Shown in pieces: positions 1 through 12,072 of a stretch of 64,000 nt of DNA. The notes under the pieces were generated by a model that was given only the letters and a program-made list of their open reading frames with translations, did not search any database and was not told the DNA's origin. The stretch is from NCBI GenBank assembly GCA_040285825.1, contig JAUPSS010000004.1, forward strand, positions 5,237,784 to 5,301,783. The letters are read 5' to 3'. Origin of the DNA: Eukaryota sp. TZLM1-RC (Eukaryota; Protista; Metamonada: BaSk clade). The stretch's first letter is position 1, and the number at the start of each line of letters is the position of its first letter. The position numbers and the translations under genes are program-made.

Positions 1-32
1 CTTATTTTATTGTTTTAAACAATATCTGTAAC

Positions 33-1255
33 ATGAGCGATCACTATACACTTCTGCTCTCAATGCTCGAACGAAGCTTTCTCATAGTGCTTCTTACTTT
101 CTTAGCCTTGTTCCTTTACCTTTTACTAGAATCTTTACTTCGTCGTCACTTCGACTCCCCTCCTTTATCAATTCCACGTATCAAATCCACCCGTACTATC
201 ATCCTCCGTTGTTTCCGCACAGCCTTCCTCTCATCCCTACTGCTGTCTGTTCCACTCATCTTTGGATCTATTCGTAGATCATTCACCGATGCTTCGTCTT
301 TTAACATGAAACAATCCCTCTACCACGCTCTTTTCTCTCTCTTCTCCATCAAAGCTATTTTAGTCATCAACAAATACGTTGCCGGGAATTGCCTCCATGA
401 AATCCTTTGGCCACGCTCTGTACTTGGTTGGATTTCTCTGTCAGGTGATGATTCACCACGTCCAATAAGAAGGAAAGGACATTGTTTTTCTATAAAGTTT
501 ATTACAGGTATATCTTATTTATCATTTCGCTAACCATAGTATTTCTCATTACTATAGGTACCCACGCATTAACACCACTTTTATTTGCTATTGTAAACTG
601 TTATTACGATTTTACATGCTCAGCTTATTCTAGTGGTGGTTTCCTGCACTCTACTGCTTTCTTCTTTGTTCAGCAGTTGTGGTTGCTGGTAAATGCTATT
701 TTCGAAGAAACAGCTTGGAGAGGTGTGGTATTGGCAATATTTGAAAAGGAAAAAAAGGGATCATTTATGGGTCATTCTACGTTTTCAATGTATTTTACTT
801 CTGGGTTACTATACGCTCTATGTCACTCTCTCAATTCAAATTTTGATGACGTGGGTGTATACGTCATCATGACAGTCAATCTAACTGTCGAGGGGGTAGT
901 TTGGATGTATTTATTGAGGTCTAGTGACGATTTGGTCTTGAATTGGATTTTACATCATGTTGATGATCTGCTCTCTATATGGTTTGGAACCGCTTCTTTG
1001 GCATCTTATCAGTTGTCAGAAGGTCAAATATGCACGTGGGCAATCAAATCCACGTGTCAGAGGGTTATAAATGGTGGCGATTTTGGAACTGGGGGTTCAT
1101 TATTATATTTTGGACAAAATTTCTGGACTTTTTTGGTTATCTTAGTTTTGCGTAATTCTTATTTTAAATACAAACCAAAAGGTTTCTTGAAAGACTTACA
1201 AGGTTCTATTAATTTTAATTCACCAGGAAGTCCTTTTCTTGTTGATCAAAAATGA
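33..1255 (+). CDS. CPBP/Abi (type II CAAX protease-like) intramembrane metalloprotease; exons 33-507 and 540-1255 (~396 aa)
   Basis: Removing a 32-nt GT..AG intron (508-539) joins ORFs 33..533 and 482..1255 in frame. Motifs FEETAWRG, YALCH, HHVDD and C-terminal GGDFGTGGS; many hydrophobic segments. Confidence 0.8.
508..539 (+). other. Spliceosomal intron, 32 nt
   Basis: GTATAT...CGCTAACCATAG; removal restores the frame of the CPBP gene. Confidence 0.8.
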
Positions 1256-2010
1256 TTTTTGTGTTGCGTTTTTTAAAATTTTATTCAAATTCTGTACATT
1301 TTTGCTTAAATAAACTGTATTTTTCGCTTTTTCCAACACCTTTTTATATAATTTGAAGAATTTTTTGACACATTCTCCCACAAATTTCCAAATACATTGT
1401 AACTAAAAATCAAAAACAATTCAATACAATTCTCTTAATTAAAAGCGCTTCTGTAACATCAAAAAATATTACTAAAGCACAGTTGCGTAAAGGAACCTCT
1501 TGTTCCAGGACTTGATTACTGAAGCATAGACTTGTTCAGTTGAGCAATACAAATAGTTCAAATGGCCAGCACGCAACATTTGGAAGATTTTTAAGTGATG
1601 AAAAGATCAATGAAAATGTGTATGTTTAAAAAATGATTCTGATTGAGCCCGTCCAACGATTTTTATAAAGTGTCTTTCTGACAATGTTGTGTGACTTAGG
1701 TTTGTGGAATGTTTGTCCTACAAAATTTATAGTTTTTAGAAATTTTTGTCATAATTGCGTATTTTTGTTGAACATGAGCCACAAAATTATCACAATGAAA
1801 AAAATAAGGAATTCCTATTCACAGTTTGATCAATTTTGGCTCAGTCAATCCTAGTTGCTCTTCTTTAAACAACATTATCTAAACTCGGAATCAACCAGTG
1901 TTTAATATTCATTGAGATAAAAAACAAATTATTAATTCATAAATCAGAATATTAAAAATCTCTAATAAATATAATTTACAGAAACCATAAAACAAAATAC
2001 TCACAATAAA

Positions 2011-2604
2011 TCAAAACTTCAGATCCTTTCCCATGGTGTCACAATGTTGGGGATGGAAAGGCATAAAAATCAATTCGTTTCTCTGAAACCCACATTGATC
2101 GATAAGAATCTCTGCAATTTGTCTGATGGCTTCTACATCATCACAACTGCGTAACCAAATGTCTACACGTGGAGCTTTCTTTTTAATAGAAATGAAAACA
2201 CCAGTTATAAGGTCACCTAGCTCTCCGAATTGTTCACCAACCAAGAACATTAGGAAATTATCAATGAATTGGTGGATTGCTGTCTTGTTATTGTTACCAG
2301 TTCGTATGGTGTATTTGATACGTCCTCCATTGGCATTATTTGGATCTTCCCAAGCAGGGTTTACATCTGTTTCAAAGATGGCTATTGACGCGTTTGGATT
2401 GAGGTCCATTCGCTTTGGTATACGATCCATGATGGCAAGAAACTTTTCTACAGAAGAAAAGCTTATGACGTTGACTAGAGTGTTTTCAAATAGTCTTGTT
2501 TGTTTTTGAACGTGGGTTGTTGGAGAAAAGTGAAGTGTCCATGATCGATGCAATGGGTGATCAGCATATTCCTGTGTGGTGAACATATTGGGATAACTGT
2601 GCAT
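2011..2604 (-). CDS. EIF4E: Eukaryotic translation initiation factor 4E family protein
   Basis: HPLHRSWTL, FSSVEKF, VNPAWEDPNNANGGR and RVDIWLR motifs. First in-frame ATG is at 2604 (the track used a non-ATG start). Confidence 0.92.
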   Translation of the reverse strand: MHSYPNMFTTQEYADHPLHRSWTLHFSPTTHVQKQTRLFENTLVNVISFSSVEKFLAIMDRIPKRMDLNPNASIAIFETDVNPAWEDPNNANGGRIKYTIRTGNNNKTAIHQFIDNFLMFLVGEQFGELGDLITGVFISIKKKAPRVDIWLRSCDDVEAIRQIAEILIDQCGFQRNELIFMPFHPQHCDTMGKDLKF

Positions 2605-3216
2605 CACTTGTCTAAAAATCAAAGGATGTTGGAACTTGAGGCAAATATTTGATTATTTCTTTCAATCATTCATTTTGGTTTTGCAACTGTGTTTTAGGAT
2701 TTCTTCAAACACCATCTCTATAGCTAGACTATGCTGGGTCTGTTGTTTAAAGCTGTGGAAAAGAGGGTGATGATTGTGTTGTTCTCATTACCAAAGATAT
2801 TGTACCTTTAACAAAAAAATTATGAATGGGTGTCATCACATACAAGTTTTCAAGATTAAGAATTGTGAAAATAGAGTCAATTGTGAAACGAAATTGATCA
2901 ATGAGAGTGAAGACAGTGTGGGAGTTGCGAGAGGAGCATCATGGCGATGGATAAAGTTACACCTTTGCACTTAAAGAAACCATCATCATTGAGAATTTAA
3001 CGTTTGACAATTAATATTGTCTGTTACAGGTTTTTCAAGAAGAAGACCCCAAGTTCATCTCCAAGTTACATTTGTGAGAAAATTATATGTTTAGTAACTG
3101 AAATTTGGTTAAAACAGTTGACATGGATCTTGAGAGAGATGAATGATCAACAATTTTTGAGAAAAACAAAACATCCAATAGGTTGCTGCTCTCTGGTAAC
3201 CAGCTGGCATTAGCCC

Positions 3217-5301
3217 ATGTGTTCAACGTTCGATCCCCCTCTCGCTAATGGTCTGAAGAAGCTTCAACAATTTCGATCTTCTTCTTTCCTTACAGATATC
3301 ACTCTGTCCTTTGAAGACCAACACTTTGTTGCCCACAAGTTCGTAATTTCTTCATTCACAAACCTCCTTGACTCCACCACCATCTCCAATGAAACGCTTA
3401 CACTTGACTTTCATGACTTTCCTCCCGATCCTGATGTACTCTCTCTAGTTCTCTCCTCGCTCTACAATTTGCCTTTTACAGTTGACTTAACCAACTTTGT
3501 GGACGTTTACAATATCGCTCGGAAGCTAAGATTCACTTCACTCATCAGCTTTTGCAACAAGCTCAAAAAAGAAGGATTTCAATCTAATTCTGAGTTTATT
3601 ATTGACCTAAATGAATACTTTTCCACTCTTGTTTCTAATTCAAATCACGATGTTGAGTTACTGTACTGTAATAATTCTATTAAAACTAATAGAGTTGTTT
3701 TGTCTTTGTTTTCCTCTTATTTCGAAAAGAAATTCAGTAGTGATTGGAAAGAGCTCAAATTGATTGATCTTGGTAAAAATTTGGATGTCGATTCAAGTAT
3801 TTTTTCCTTATTTATTAAATCATTTATGGGAAAATCTATTGAAATTAATGTTGAAAATCTTTATGAAATTCGTTATTTGGCACATAACTTTGATTTTTCT
3901 GAATTATTATCTTTTTGTGATGAATTTATTAATTCAAATACCCTTAATGTCAGTATCCTTCACCACGCAGATAAGTTTAATGATCAATTGTTTATTGAAA
4001 AATTCTTAAATAATCCAGATATTGAATTTGGTGAACTTGTTGCAATTACTCCTAATTGTTTTAAATTATTAACAAGTTGCCCAAGTGTTGATGTAGATTG
4101 GTTGGCAAAAAGTCTTGTGTTTTCTTGGAAGAAAATGAGCTGTTCTTGGACAGTTGAAAATTTCACCAAAATTTTGAATTCTTTCACAATCAATAGTGAC
4201 AACATTGTGAGCTTTCAATCAATCATCTCTGATTTATTGACCGTTCCAGAATTAGAAACAGTCATTAACCGCTTTATCTTAAAAAATATTCCAAATTTAA
4301 TTAATTCACAGACTAGCAATGAACAAGTTGAATTATTAAAAGCAGAATTAAAAGAAGAACGTTCAAAGAGAGAGCAATTGGAAGAAACCCTGACAACCTT
4401 ACAAGAAACAAATACCAGTTTTGAAGAAAGATTGGCAGTTTTGGAAGCAGTTGTCAGTGATTTGAAATCATCACCGCCTAAATCTACTTTTCATTCTTTC
4501 AAATTCACAAATGCTGGAGCCACTGGTCGCTTTGGGCCTTCCTTGAATGATTGTATTCGCTCCTATAGCACTGATTGGGTGAGGGATAGCAGTTCATTTA
4601 GTGTAAATGAAGGAATTCAAAACTGGACCGTACCTTTCACAGGAACCTTTCGTATTGAATGTGCTGGAGCTAGTGGAGGTTGGGGCAGGGAAAACCCTAG
4701 CACTAAACCAGGAAGAGGTGTGGTCATTGGTGGAGAGTTTGACCTATTTGATGGACAAGTTTTGCAAATACTAGTTGGCCAAATGGGGTGTGATGCTCAG
4801 AATGGGGGAAACAGAGCAGGAGGTGGAGGTGGAGGTTCTTTTGTTGTGCATAATGGTACTCCCTTGATCGTAGCTGGTGGAGGAAGTGGTCAAAATTGGG
4901 GAGATTGGACCACTGATGGTACTGATGCAAGGGTTGATAATAATGGTACAGGAGGTGGTTCAGGTGAAAGAGGTGGGGGTGGTGGTGGATTTAGCAGTGA
5001 TGGACAGAATGCCACTTCCGGTAACAGCACTGGTGGTAAATCATTTATCAATGGAGGTATAGGTGGCACTAGTGATACAATTAGTGCTTCATTCACTGCC
5101 CATGGAGGTTTTGGTGGAGGTGGTGGCACTAGATATGAAGGTGGTGGAGGAGGTGGTTACACTGGCGGTCGTGTGGTTCCTCAAAACCAATACAACAACA
5201 CCTTCCCTGAATATGGAGCGGGTTCTTTTAATTCAGGAAGGAACCAAGTTAACAAAGGAACTAATGAAGGTCATGGTTATGTAACTATCAGCTGTGTGTA
5301 G
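3217..5301 (+). CDS. Tandem BTB/POZ protein with coiled coil and C-terminal ALK/LTK-like glycine-rich domain
   Basis: TDITL..F.AHKFVIS and HDVEL..TNRVVLSLFSSYF BTB motifs. FTNAGATGRFGP, IQNWTVPFTGTFRIECAGASGG and poly-Gly GGGGGS motifs of the ALK/LTK-type Gly-rich domain. Confidence 0.85.
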   Translation: MCSTFDPPLANGLKKLQQFRSSSFLTDITLSFEDQHFVAHKFVISSFTNLLDSTTISNETLTLDFHDFPPDPDVLSLVLSSLYNLPFTVDLTNFVDVYNIARKLRFTSLISFCNKLKKEGFQSNSEFIIDLNEYFSTLVSNSNHDVELLYCNNSIKTNRVVLSLFSSYFEKKFSSDWKELKLIDLGKNLDVDSSIFSLFIKSFMGKSIEINVENLYEIRYLAHNFDFSELLSFCDEFINSNTLNVSILHHADKFNDQLFIEKFLNNPDIEFGELVAITPNCFKLLTSCPSVDVDWLAKSLVFSWKKMSCSWTVENFTKILNSFTINSDNIVSFQSIISDLLTVPELETVINRFILKNIPNLINSQTSNEQVELLKAELKEERSKREQLEETLTTLQETNTSFEERLAVLEAVVSDLKSSPPKSTFHSFKFTNAGATGRFGPSLNDCIRSYSTDWVRDSSSFSVNEGIQNWTVPFTGTFRIECAGASGGWGRENPSTKPGRGVVIGGEFDLFDGQVLQILVGQMGCDAQNGGNRAGGGGGGSFVVHNGTPLIVAGGGSGQNWGDWTTDGTDARVDNNGTGGGSGERGGGGGGFSSDGQNATSGNSTGGKSFINGGIGGTSDTISASFTAHGGFGGGGGTRYEGGGGGGYTGGRVVPQNQYNNTFPEYGAGSFNSGRNQVNKGTNEGHGYVTISCV

Positions 5302-6139
5302 TTTGCGTTTGGCTATAAATACTGGTTTTGATACTGCATTGACCTTAATTTTTCCAAAAATTTCTTTTTTATTTTCATAATGTGGTTCCAGTTAACAAGT
5401 AGATTTATGCATACAGAACCAAGCGTAACCTGGAAAGTACTTGCACTTAGTTATTGATTCAAGTAAGGCATAGTTGGACATAACAACTAGCCACGTGACT
5501 TATGATGATACAGCATCTAATTTATTGACAATATTAATTCAATTAATTAATTTTTAATATTATTTTATTGTTATATTCACTACATGTGGTCATGTTCAGC
5601 AATGATTAATAATAAATAATATTTTTAAAAATGTGGAATGTGCAATTGAGAGCTTGAAATGCTGATTCTTACCAGATGGTTTTCAGTTTAGTCATTGCAA
5701 TGAGTAATCTTTTCTTCAATCAACTGCAGTTATTAGCAACTTATCCCCTTGCTGAAACTTCAAAAGGAGATGATGCAACCAAAAAACAAAATTTGAAAAT
5801 CACAATTCAAGACTCTGTTATTTTGTTCTTTTTAATGCATGCCTACTATTTAAATGGTGTTTTATCGGTGATGTTAGCTCACAAATCAAGGCTGTTTTCC
5901 TATTTGATTCATCTGTATTTTTTGAGATAAGAATTGTATCAAGTTTTGACTCGGTCACAACCAAAGGAAAATTGACACACTGATTTTTGTGAAAAGCTAG
6001 ATCGCAGTAAATAAAATGATCCAGGAAAGGAGGTAAGTGGTTAACAAAATTGATTAAAATTGAATCATATCTGCATTTGTTGGAACAAGTATCTGAGAGT
6101 TGGAAATGCGATTGTTATTAGTACAAATGAGTCAATTCT

Positions 6140-6675
6140 ATGAAGAAATTTATTGAATTTGCACACTTGATTAAATTAAATCATAACTAATGGGACGACT
6201 ATCATCAAACCAAGTTTTCCTCTACAAAATCTTGATTTGCTTGCTGTCTAGCTAAAGCTTCTCTAATTCGATTGAAAAACCGCGGTAATCTATTAATAAT
6301 GGCAAATTGAATCCGTGAACGCCATAAAAAATATCAAATCTTTTCATTGTTTTTTCTTGCACGATTTTTTGGAAGTCATCCAAAAAAGTTTCTGCTTCAA
6401 CTGATAATCTTCCATTTATCGAAAATGGGAAAGCAATAAAAACCAGCTGTGTATTTCTATCGACATTTGCCTCTTCAATGTCTTTATCATATTTTCTTTG
6501 TTTCTCTCTTGCTTTGAAATCCAGAGCAGCCACCGGATTGAGTTTTTTTCTGTGAACCAAAGTATTATTTGCAACATTACATGAGACAAAGTCAACAATA
6601 GCTTCAGAATTATCAATCCAATCACAATATACATCACCTCTATCATCAGAACCAAAATTATTCAGAGAAAGTGTT
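6140..6675 (-). mobile_element. 3' fragment of RLE-type non-LTR retrotransposon (family A), decayed
   Basis: DRGDV..DW, DFVSC, K..KYD, FPFSINGRLS motifs with frameshifts; 3' end shared with the copies at 8.7, 9.8, 23.2 and 36.2 kb. Confidence 0.8.
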
Positions 6676-7224
6676 CAAATGAGTCAATGAATACATTTTT
6701 ATATGAAATTTATTAATAAGAATTTCAAGAAACTTTTTGATAATAAGTAGAATGAGCATGATATATAGTTAATTTTTATAATATTGTTGTGTATTGGATG
6801 ATTTTTTATTCAATGTTCGATAAATAAATATATAGTTATTTTAGACTAATTCTATCTTGATTTTTACAATAAAATCAATTGCGTTTTTGAGAACGAAGTA
6901 GATATAATTGTTGTTTTTCACCGTATTGAATAACAATTTTAAACCAAAGATGTTGGGAGACAAAGACAATAAAGCAGGCTTATAAATTTAAATTAAACAT
7001 TTCTAGTTTTTCAATTCAGTTATACCATTTATGTTGATTAATTTCAGAAACAACGTCAAAATAGTTTTTGGACAATTTGTCCTTCTTTTGCTCAGGTTTT
7101 AGATTAATATTATTATATATTGAATTTTAACACTGAATAAAATGAGAAATCGATCAATGAATGCTTTGCGACACCTTGTTCTTGCAATTCATGACGCAGC
7201 TGATAAATGTCACCCTGAACTGGT

Positions 7225-7930
7225 TAACTTAACAAAATAAACTCATAACTAATGGGACGAGATTCAGGAACCAAAAATTTCTCTACAAAATCCTGATCTG
7301 GTTGTTTTCTCGCCATTGCCGCTCTAATGCGATAACAACACCGAAATAATGTAATGATTATAGCGAATTGAATTCGTGAATGCCACAAAAAGTTATTATA
7401 TATGGTCTTTGTATTTCCTTGAACCAACATTTAGAAAATCGTTGCAAAAAACCCGAAAAATTGTATTTTTCTACTCAATGTTTTCTGTTTATAAAAAATG
7501 AAAATGCAACAATAACAAGTTGACCATTGTTATCAGTATTAGTTTCCTTATCATTTTTATTATGTTTTGTATGCTTATATGTTATTTTTCAGGGTTTGTT
7601 TACTAAAAGCACTTTAATTAACCCAAAACTGTGCCGTAAAAACATTAACAAATGCAAAAAATTATTCAAAGTCACAATGACTGGATATCTTGATCTGAAA
7701 CAGTTCTGCTGCATATATTTTCAGGAAATCATCTTCATACAATGTAGTTAACAATGTTTGCAATGTTGGCAGATGGTATTATCAATTATTAAAGTTCGTT
7801 TCTGATAAAGTTTCTTCAAGTGAACGAGAAAAGTATGGATTCCCTTTTTCTTGGTTAATTGGTGAAATTTTTGTCATTCAATGCAGAAATTGGTGAACTC
7901 CAAGTGGTCCGCAATAATTCAAGTCCGCAA
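7225..7930 (-). mobile_element. Highly decayed non-LTR fragment (family A)
   Basis: Same QDFVE..SRPISY 3' end; 7640-7740 resembles 24010-24100. Confidence 0.6.
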
Positions 7931-8734
7931 AACTTTCAGAAAAAACAAGTATGGAAATTAATTTTTAGAACCCGATTGCTAGGTTGCTGTGTTGGAAATA
8001 ATGCCATGGTCACTGAAATATTGATTGATCTCTTTTAAAATTTGGTTTCGAATTTGATAAAATTTTCTCTTTTGAAATGGTGACATGATCTACAACCTGA
8101 GAAGTAATATTTCGTCAGCCATTTGAGTTCTCTCTTGAATCCATCCCCAGTAGGTTCAAAGAAGGTTCATAATCATAAATCCATTGAATTCATGCATATA
8201 CTTTCCCTTTTGTTTAATATTTTGCTTTTTGTTTCAGAGATACTCTTTTTAATCATATAATGCAAAATTTCTTTCCCTTCACAATTTGCTTAACATAAAA
8301 AAGGTTGCTGTGTTCAGTAAATAAATCACAGTTTGATCATGGCTACAGAATTTTTGTTTAACATCACGCATAATTAATGAGGATTGTTGTGTCTAAAAAC
8401 TTCGATAATGAGCGATTATTTCATCATCACGAGTTAGGTTTACAATATTAGACAGAAATGAACTTGACAAATATTTATCTGAGGCATCAGTACTTTGAAT
8501 AGTGACCCTAATCAATGGTGGAAGGAAAACTAAAATGCTTTACAAAATATACACTCTGAGACTGTGAGAGTTATGACTGATCCAAAAAGAAAGGTTCCAT
8601 GTCAATAATTGTTTCATTCGGTCTCACTACCGTTCTCACTACGCATCATAGCAAAATTTACTGTCTTTTACTTAAAAACATATGAATGTAAGATTGAAAA
8701 ATGATCAACAAATTTTATTTATATATTTTTAACT

Positions 8735-9378
8735 AAATTATTCATAACTAATGGGACGAATATCATTGAACCAAGATTTCCTCTGCAAAATCTTGATATG
8801 CTTCTTGTCTAGCTGAAACTTCTCTTATTCGATTGAAAAACCGAGGTAATCTATTAATAATGGCAAATTGAATTCGATAGCGCCATAAAAAATATCAAAT
8901 CTTTTCATTGTTTTTTCTAAAACCAATTTTTGGAAATCATTCAAAAAAGTTTCTGATTCTACTGATAGTCTTCTGTTTATCGAAAATGGGAAAGCAACAA
9001 AAACTAGTTGTGTAATTCTACCAGCATTAGCTTCTTCGATTTCATTGTCATATTTTCTATGTTTTTCTTTTGCTTTAAATTCAAGAGCACTTACAGGATT
9101 AAGTTTTCTTCTGTGAACCAAAGTGTCATTTGCAACATTACATGAAACAAAGTCAAAAATAGCTTCAGAGTTATCAATCCAATCACTGTATACATCACAT
9201 CTATAATCAGAACCAAAATTATTCAGAGAAAGTGTTTACTTCAGCAGAGGCTCTTTGATACACGAAATTCTTGCAGTCTGTGCCATATTAAAAACAGTGT
9301 CTCTAACAGCATCATGTAATGAAGAACGATAAGTTATCAATTTAGAGCAATTCAGAGCATGGCGCAAAGTGAGTTGAC
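8735..9378 (-). mobile_element. 3' fragment of RLE non-LTR retrotransposon (family A)
   Basis: HALNCSKLITYRSSLHDAVRD followed by RLE motifs; near-identical layout to 23210-23850. Confidence 0.85.
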
Positions 9379-9799
9379 AATGTTTGGTTTAGCAGAAAAT
9401 TGAAAATTGATCAAATCAAAATCCTCGAGTTTTTGGGGTAAATGACAGGTAGTTGAATGAATGTCTTTGTGTTGTACATTGTGAATATAAAGTTTTTGTA
9501 AACTTACACTAGAAATCAACAACATAAAAGAGAGAAGGCAACATGCGAGCACAGAACAAAATGGGACTACTAACAGTAATGAAGCCCTGATCTGAACCAG
9601 TGTAACGAATTAGAAATAGTACAACATAATATTCTAGACCAAAGAGTGTCAAGCAATAATAGACAATTCAATCATCGACTGGCGGTTTTTGTAGTATCGA
9701 GGTTTCAAATAATCTTGTTTTAATGTACATTGTGTTTTATATATATTAAAGATGATTAACCCATCCACTGGTTTGTAATTGTGTTTTGGTATTCATTCT

Positions 9800-9895
9800 G
9801 TAAAATCAAGATTTTGTAGAGGAAATCTTGGTTTAATGATAGTCGTCCCATTAGTTATGATTTAATTTAATCAAGTGTGCAAATTCAATAAATTA
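9800..9895 (+). mobile_element. 3' tip of family A non-LTR element
   Basis: Reverse complement of 6145-6240, ending in AATAAA. Confidence 0.7.
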
Positions 9896-10287
9896 ATTCT
9901 GTAAAATTTTGTTTTATCAACTTTGTTGTTATAACCACTTTCATTGTCAATAACTCACCACACAATTGCATAAAATTGACATTTCATCAATCTCTCCACA
10001 TAAGATTTCAGATACTGGCATAATGTCGATTCTATTTTGAGCTTTGTTCAAAAGGAAGTATTACATTCCGCCAAGTCTAGTCTACCATTATCGTACATTG
10101 TAATTAACCATAATTTTATTTTGAATGTGAGACCTTTGACAGCTACAAGCCCATCACAAAAGGTTTCGCTCATCACCAGACTCTGACCACAAATGATCAT
10201 TAATCACCATCATTATGTCTGTTGTGACAACTTGTCATTAAGGATATCAAATTGGGCTGAATCTATGTCACAAAGTCTGCGTTTTAC

Positions 10288-12072
10288 ATGAAACATACCA
10301 CTTACATATTAGTACTCAGTACTTTTTTTATATGCTCATTATCTTCTGCTGATGTAAATGAAGATTGTGCAGATCGCTTCGATTGTGTATATCAGGATGC
10401 TAAAAATTTAGCATCAGCAGGCAGTGTGACATCTGCAGCAAATGATGCCAGTTACACACCAGCTTTGTTCTCAAACGAGAACACGCCAGTAAGTGAGAAT
10501 CCTTCTTCTCCACCATCTGATTCTGATGCCCCTCTTCCTCCAGATGATGACATTTCAGACAAGGATACCTCAGAAAGCGAGGATCCTTCTTCTCCACCAT
10601 CTGATTCTGATGCCCCTCTTCCTCCAGATGATGACATTTCAGACAAGGATACCTCAGAAAGCGAGGATCCTTCTTCTCCACCTTCTGATTCTGATGCCCC
10701 TCTTCCTCCAGATGATGACATTTCAAACGAGAACACGCCAGTAAGTGAGAATCCTTCTTCTCCACCATCTGATTCTGATGCCCCTCTTCCTCCAGATGAT
10801 GACATTTCAAACGAGAACACGCCAGTAAGTGAGAATCCTTCTTCTCCACCGTCTGATTCTGATGCCCCTCTTCCTCCAGATGATGACATTTCAGACAAGG
10901 ATACCTCAGAAAGCGAGGATCCTTCTTCTCCACCATCTGATTCTGATGCCCCTCTTCCTCCAGATGATGACATTTCAGACAAGGATACCTCAGAAAGCGA
11001 GGATCCTTCTTCTCTACCATCTGATTCTGATGCCCCTCTTCCTCCAGATGATGACATTTCAGACAAGGATACCTCAGAAAGCGAGGATCCTTCTTCTCCA
11101 CCATCTGATTCTGATGCCCCTCTTCCTCCAGATGATGACGTTCCTGATGGGGACACTTCTGATCAAGACCCTCCTCCAGAACTAACTGAGGATATTTGTG
11201 AAGTTCCATGTCTTGCCGGAGATTGTATCTCTGATGAAGATGGTAATGCTTGTGAATGTTATCACGGTTTCTCGGGAGCTGCTTGTGATGATATTTCTAT
11301 TGAATTTGGTAGAATTGGTTTTAAACTCAATGAAGCAAATCTCTTGTCATTAACCAAGGGAAATATTGTTGATCATTCTTTGCGCTCTCAGTTGCTCAAT
11401 ATTGGACTCGATCTCGAAATTGATGTTCATGGAAGAGATGACATTTTGTTGGGCATAATCCCAGCCAGAAATAGTTCAGCTTGTTCCAGCCAACACCAAG
11501 ACAGAATGGTGCTGGGATCAGGATTAACAAATGAAACGATAGGTGTTGGGGTTTATGATATCCGTCTATCAGTGCACAATACGTCTAAACATATAGTTAT
11601 GGCTACCAAGCTGGAGGTTACTGCCATCAGCCATCGTGGCGGTGTACGGGTACGTCACCAGACGTTCGAAGGTGAGTGGGATAATGTGGATGGGTGGGCA
11701 GAAATGGGGAATGATTGCGGAGATACTGGGGCACAAGTATCAATTCTGCCAGTCAATGAGCTCCCTTACCCTGGATCAGCTGGAATAAGAGAATTACATT
11801 TTAGTAGCAGAGAACGAGCCACGTTTGTGCTTACAGATATTTTTGTTGAATATTATGTTGAGCCAAAACCTAAAGAAGAAGGCCCAAGAAATTCAGACAG
11901 TGATAAAGAAGATAACAATAATGATAGTGATCGTAGTAATTCTGGCAGCTCTGGAAGGCCTTCTAGACCTACTGAAGAGGATGAAGAGGACACCAGTGGA
12001 GCAGTGTCCCAGAAGTTATCAGTTGCTATCCTGCTGTTAGTTGGATTGGGGTTAACTTTCTTGTTTTATTAG
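10288..12072 (+). CDS. Secreted or membrane-anchored surface protein: signal peptide, acidic Ser/Pro/Asp repeats, EGF-like domain, C-terminal hydrophobic anchor
   Basis: Hydrophobic N-terminus; 8 x 28-aa repeats; EGF-like CEVPCLAGDC..CECYHGFSGAAC; hydrophobic C-terminus (TM or GPI signal). Confidence 0.85.
   Translation: MKHTTYILVLSTFFICSLSSADVNEDCADRFDCVYQDAKNLASAGSVTSAANDASYTPALFSNENTPVSENPSSPPSDSDAPLPPDDDISDKDTSESEDPSSPPSDSDAPLPPDDDISDKDTSESEDPSSPPSDSDAPLPPDDDISNENTPVSENPSSPPSDSDAPLPPDDDISNENTPVSENPSSPPSDSDAPLPPDDDISDKDTSESEDPSSPPSDSDAPLPPDDDISDKDTSESEDPSSLPSDSDAPLPPDDDISDKDTSESEDPSSPPSDSDAPLPPDDDVPDGDTSDQDPPPELTEDICEVPCLAGDCISDEDGNACECYHGFSGAACDDISIEFGRIGFKLNEANLLSLTKGNIVDHSLRSQLLNIGLDLEIDVHGRDDILLGIIPARNSSACSSQHQDRMVLGSGLTNETIGVGVYDIRLSVHNTSKHIVMATKLEVTAISHRGGVRVRHQTFEGEWDNVDGWAEMGNDCGDTGAQVSILPVNELPYPGSAGIRELHFSSRERATFVLTDIFVEYYVEPKPKEEGPRNSDSDKEDNNNDSDRSNSGSSGRPSRPTEEDEEDTSGAVSQKLSVAILLLVGLGLTFLFY
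10471..11142 (+). repeat. Coding minisatellite, 8 x 84 bp, two unit variants in order A-B-B-A-A-B-B-B
   Basis: Units SNENTPVSEN.. (A) and SDKDTSESED.. (B) share PSSPPSDSDAPLPPDDDI. Confidence 0.95.

Noticed and set aside
10471-11142. CRISPR-like alternation of constant and variable blocks
   Set aside because: Only two recurring variable blocks, protein-coding, eukaryotic context, no cas genes.
10400-11209. Long antisense and alternative-frame ORFs over the 84-bp repeat
   Set aside because: Shadow ORFs caused by a stop-free repeat unit whose length is a multiple of 3.
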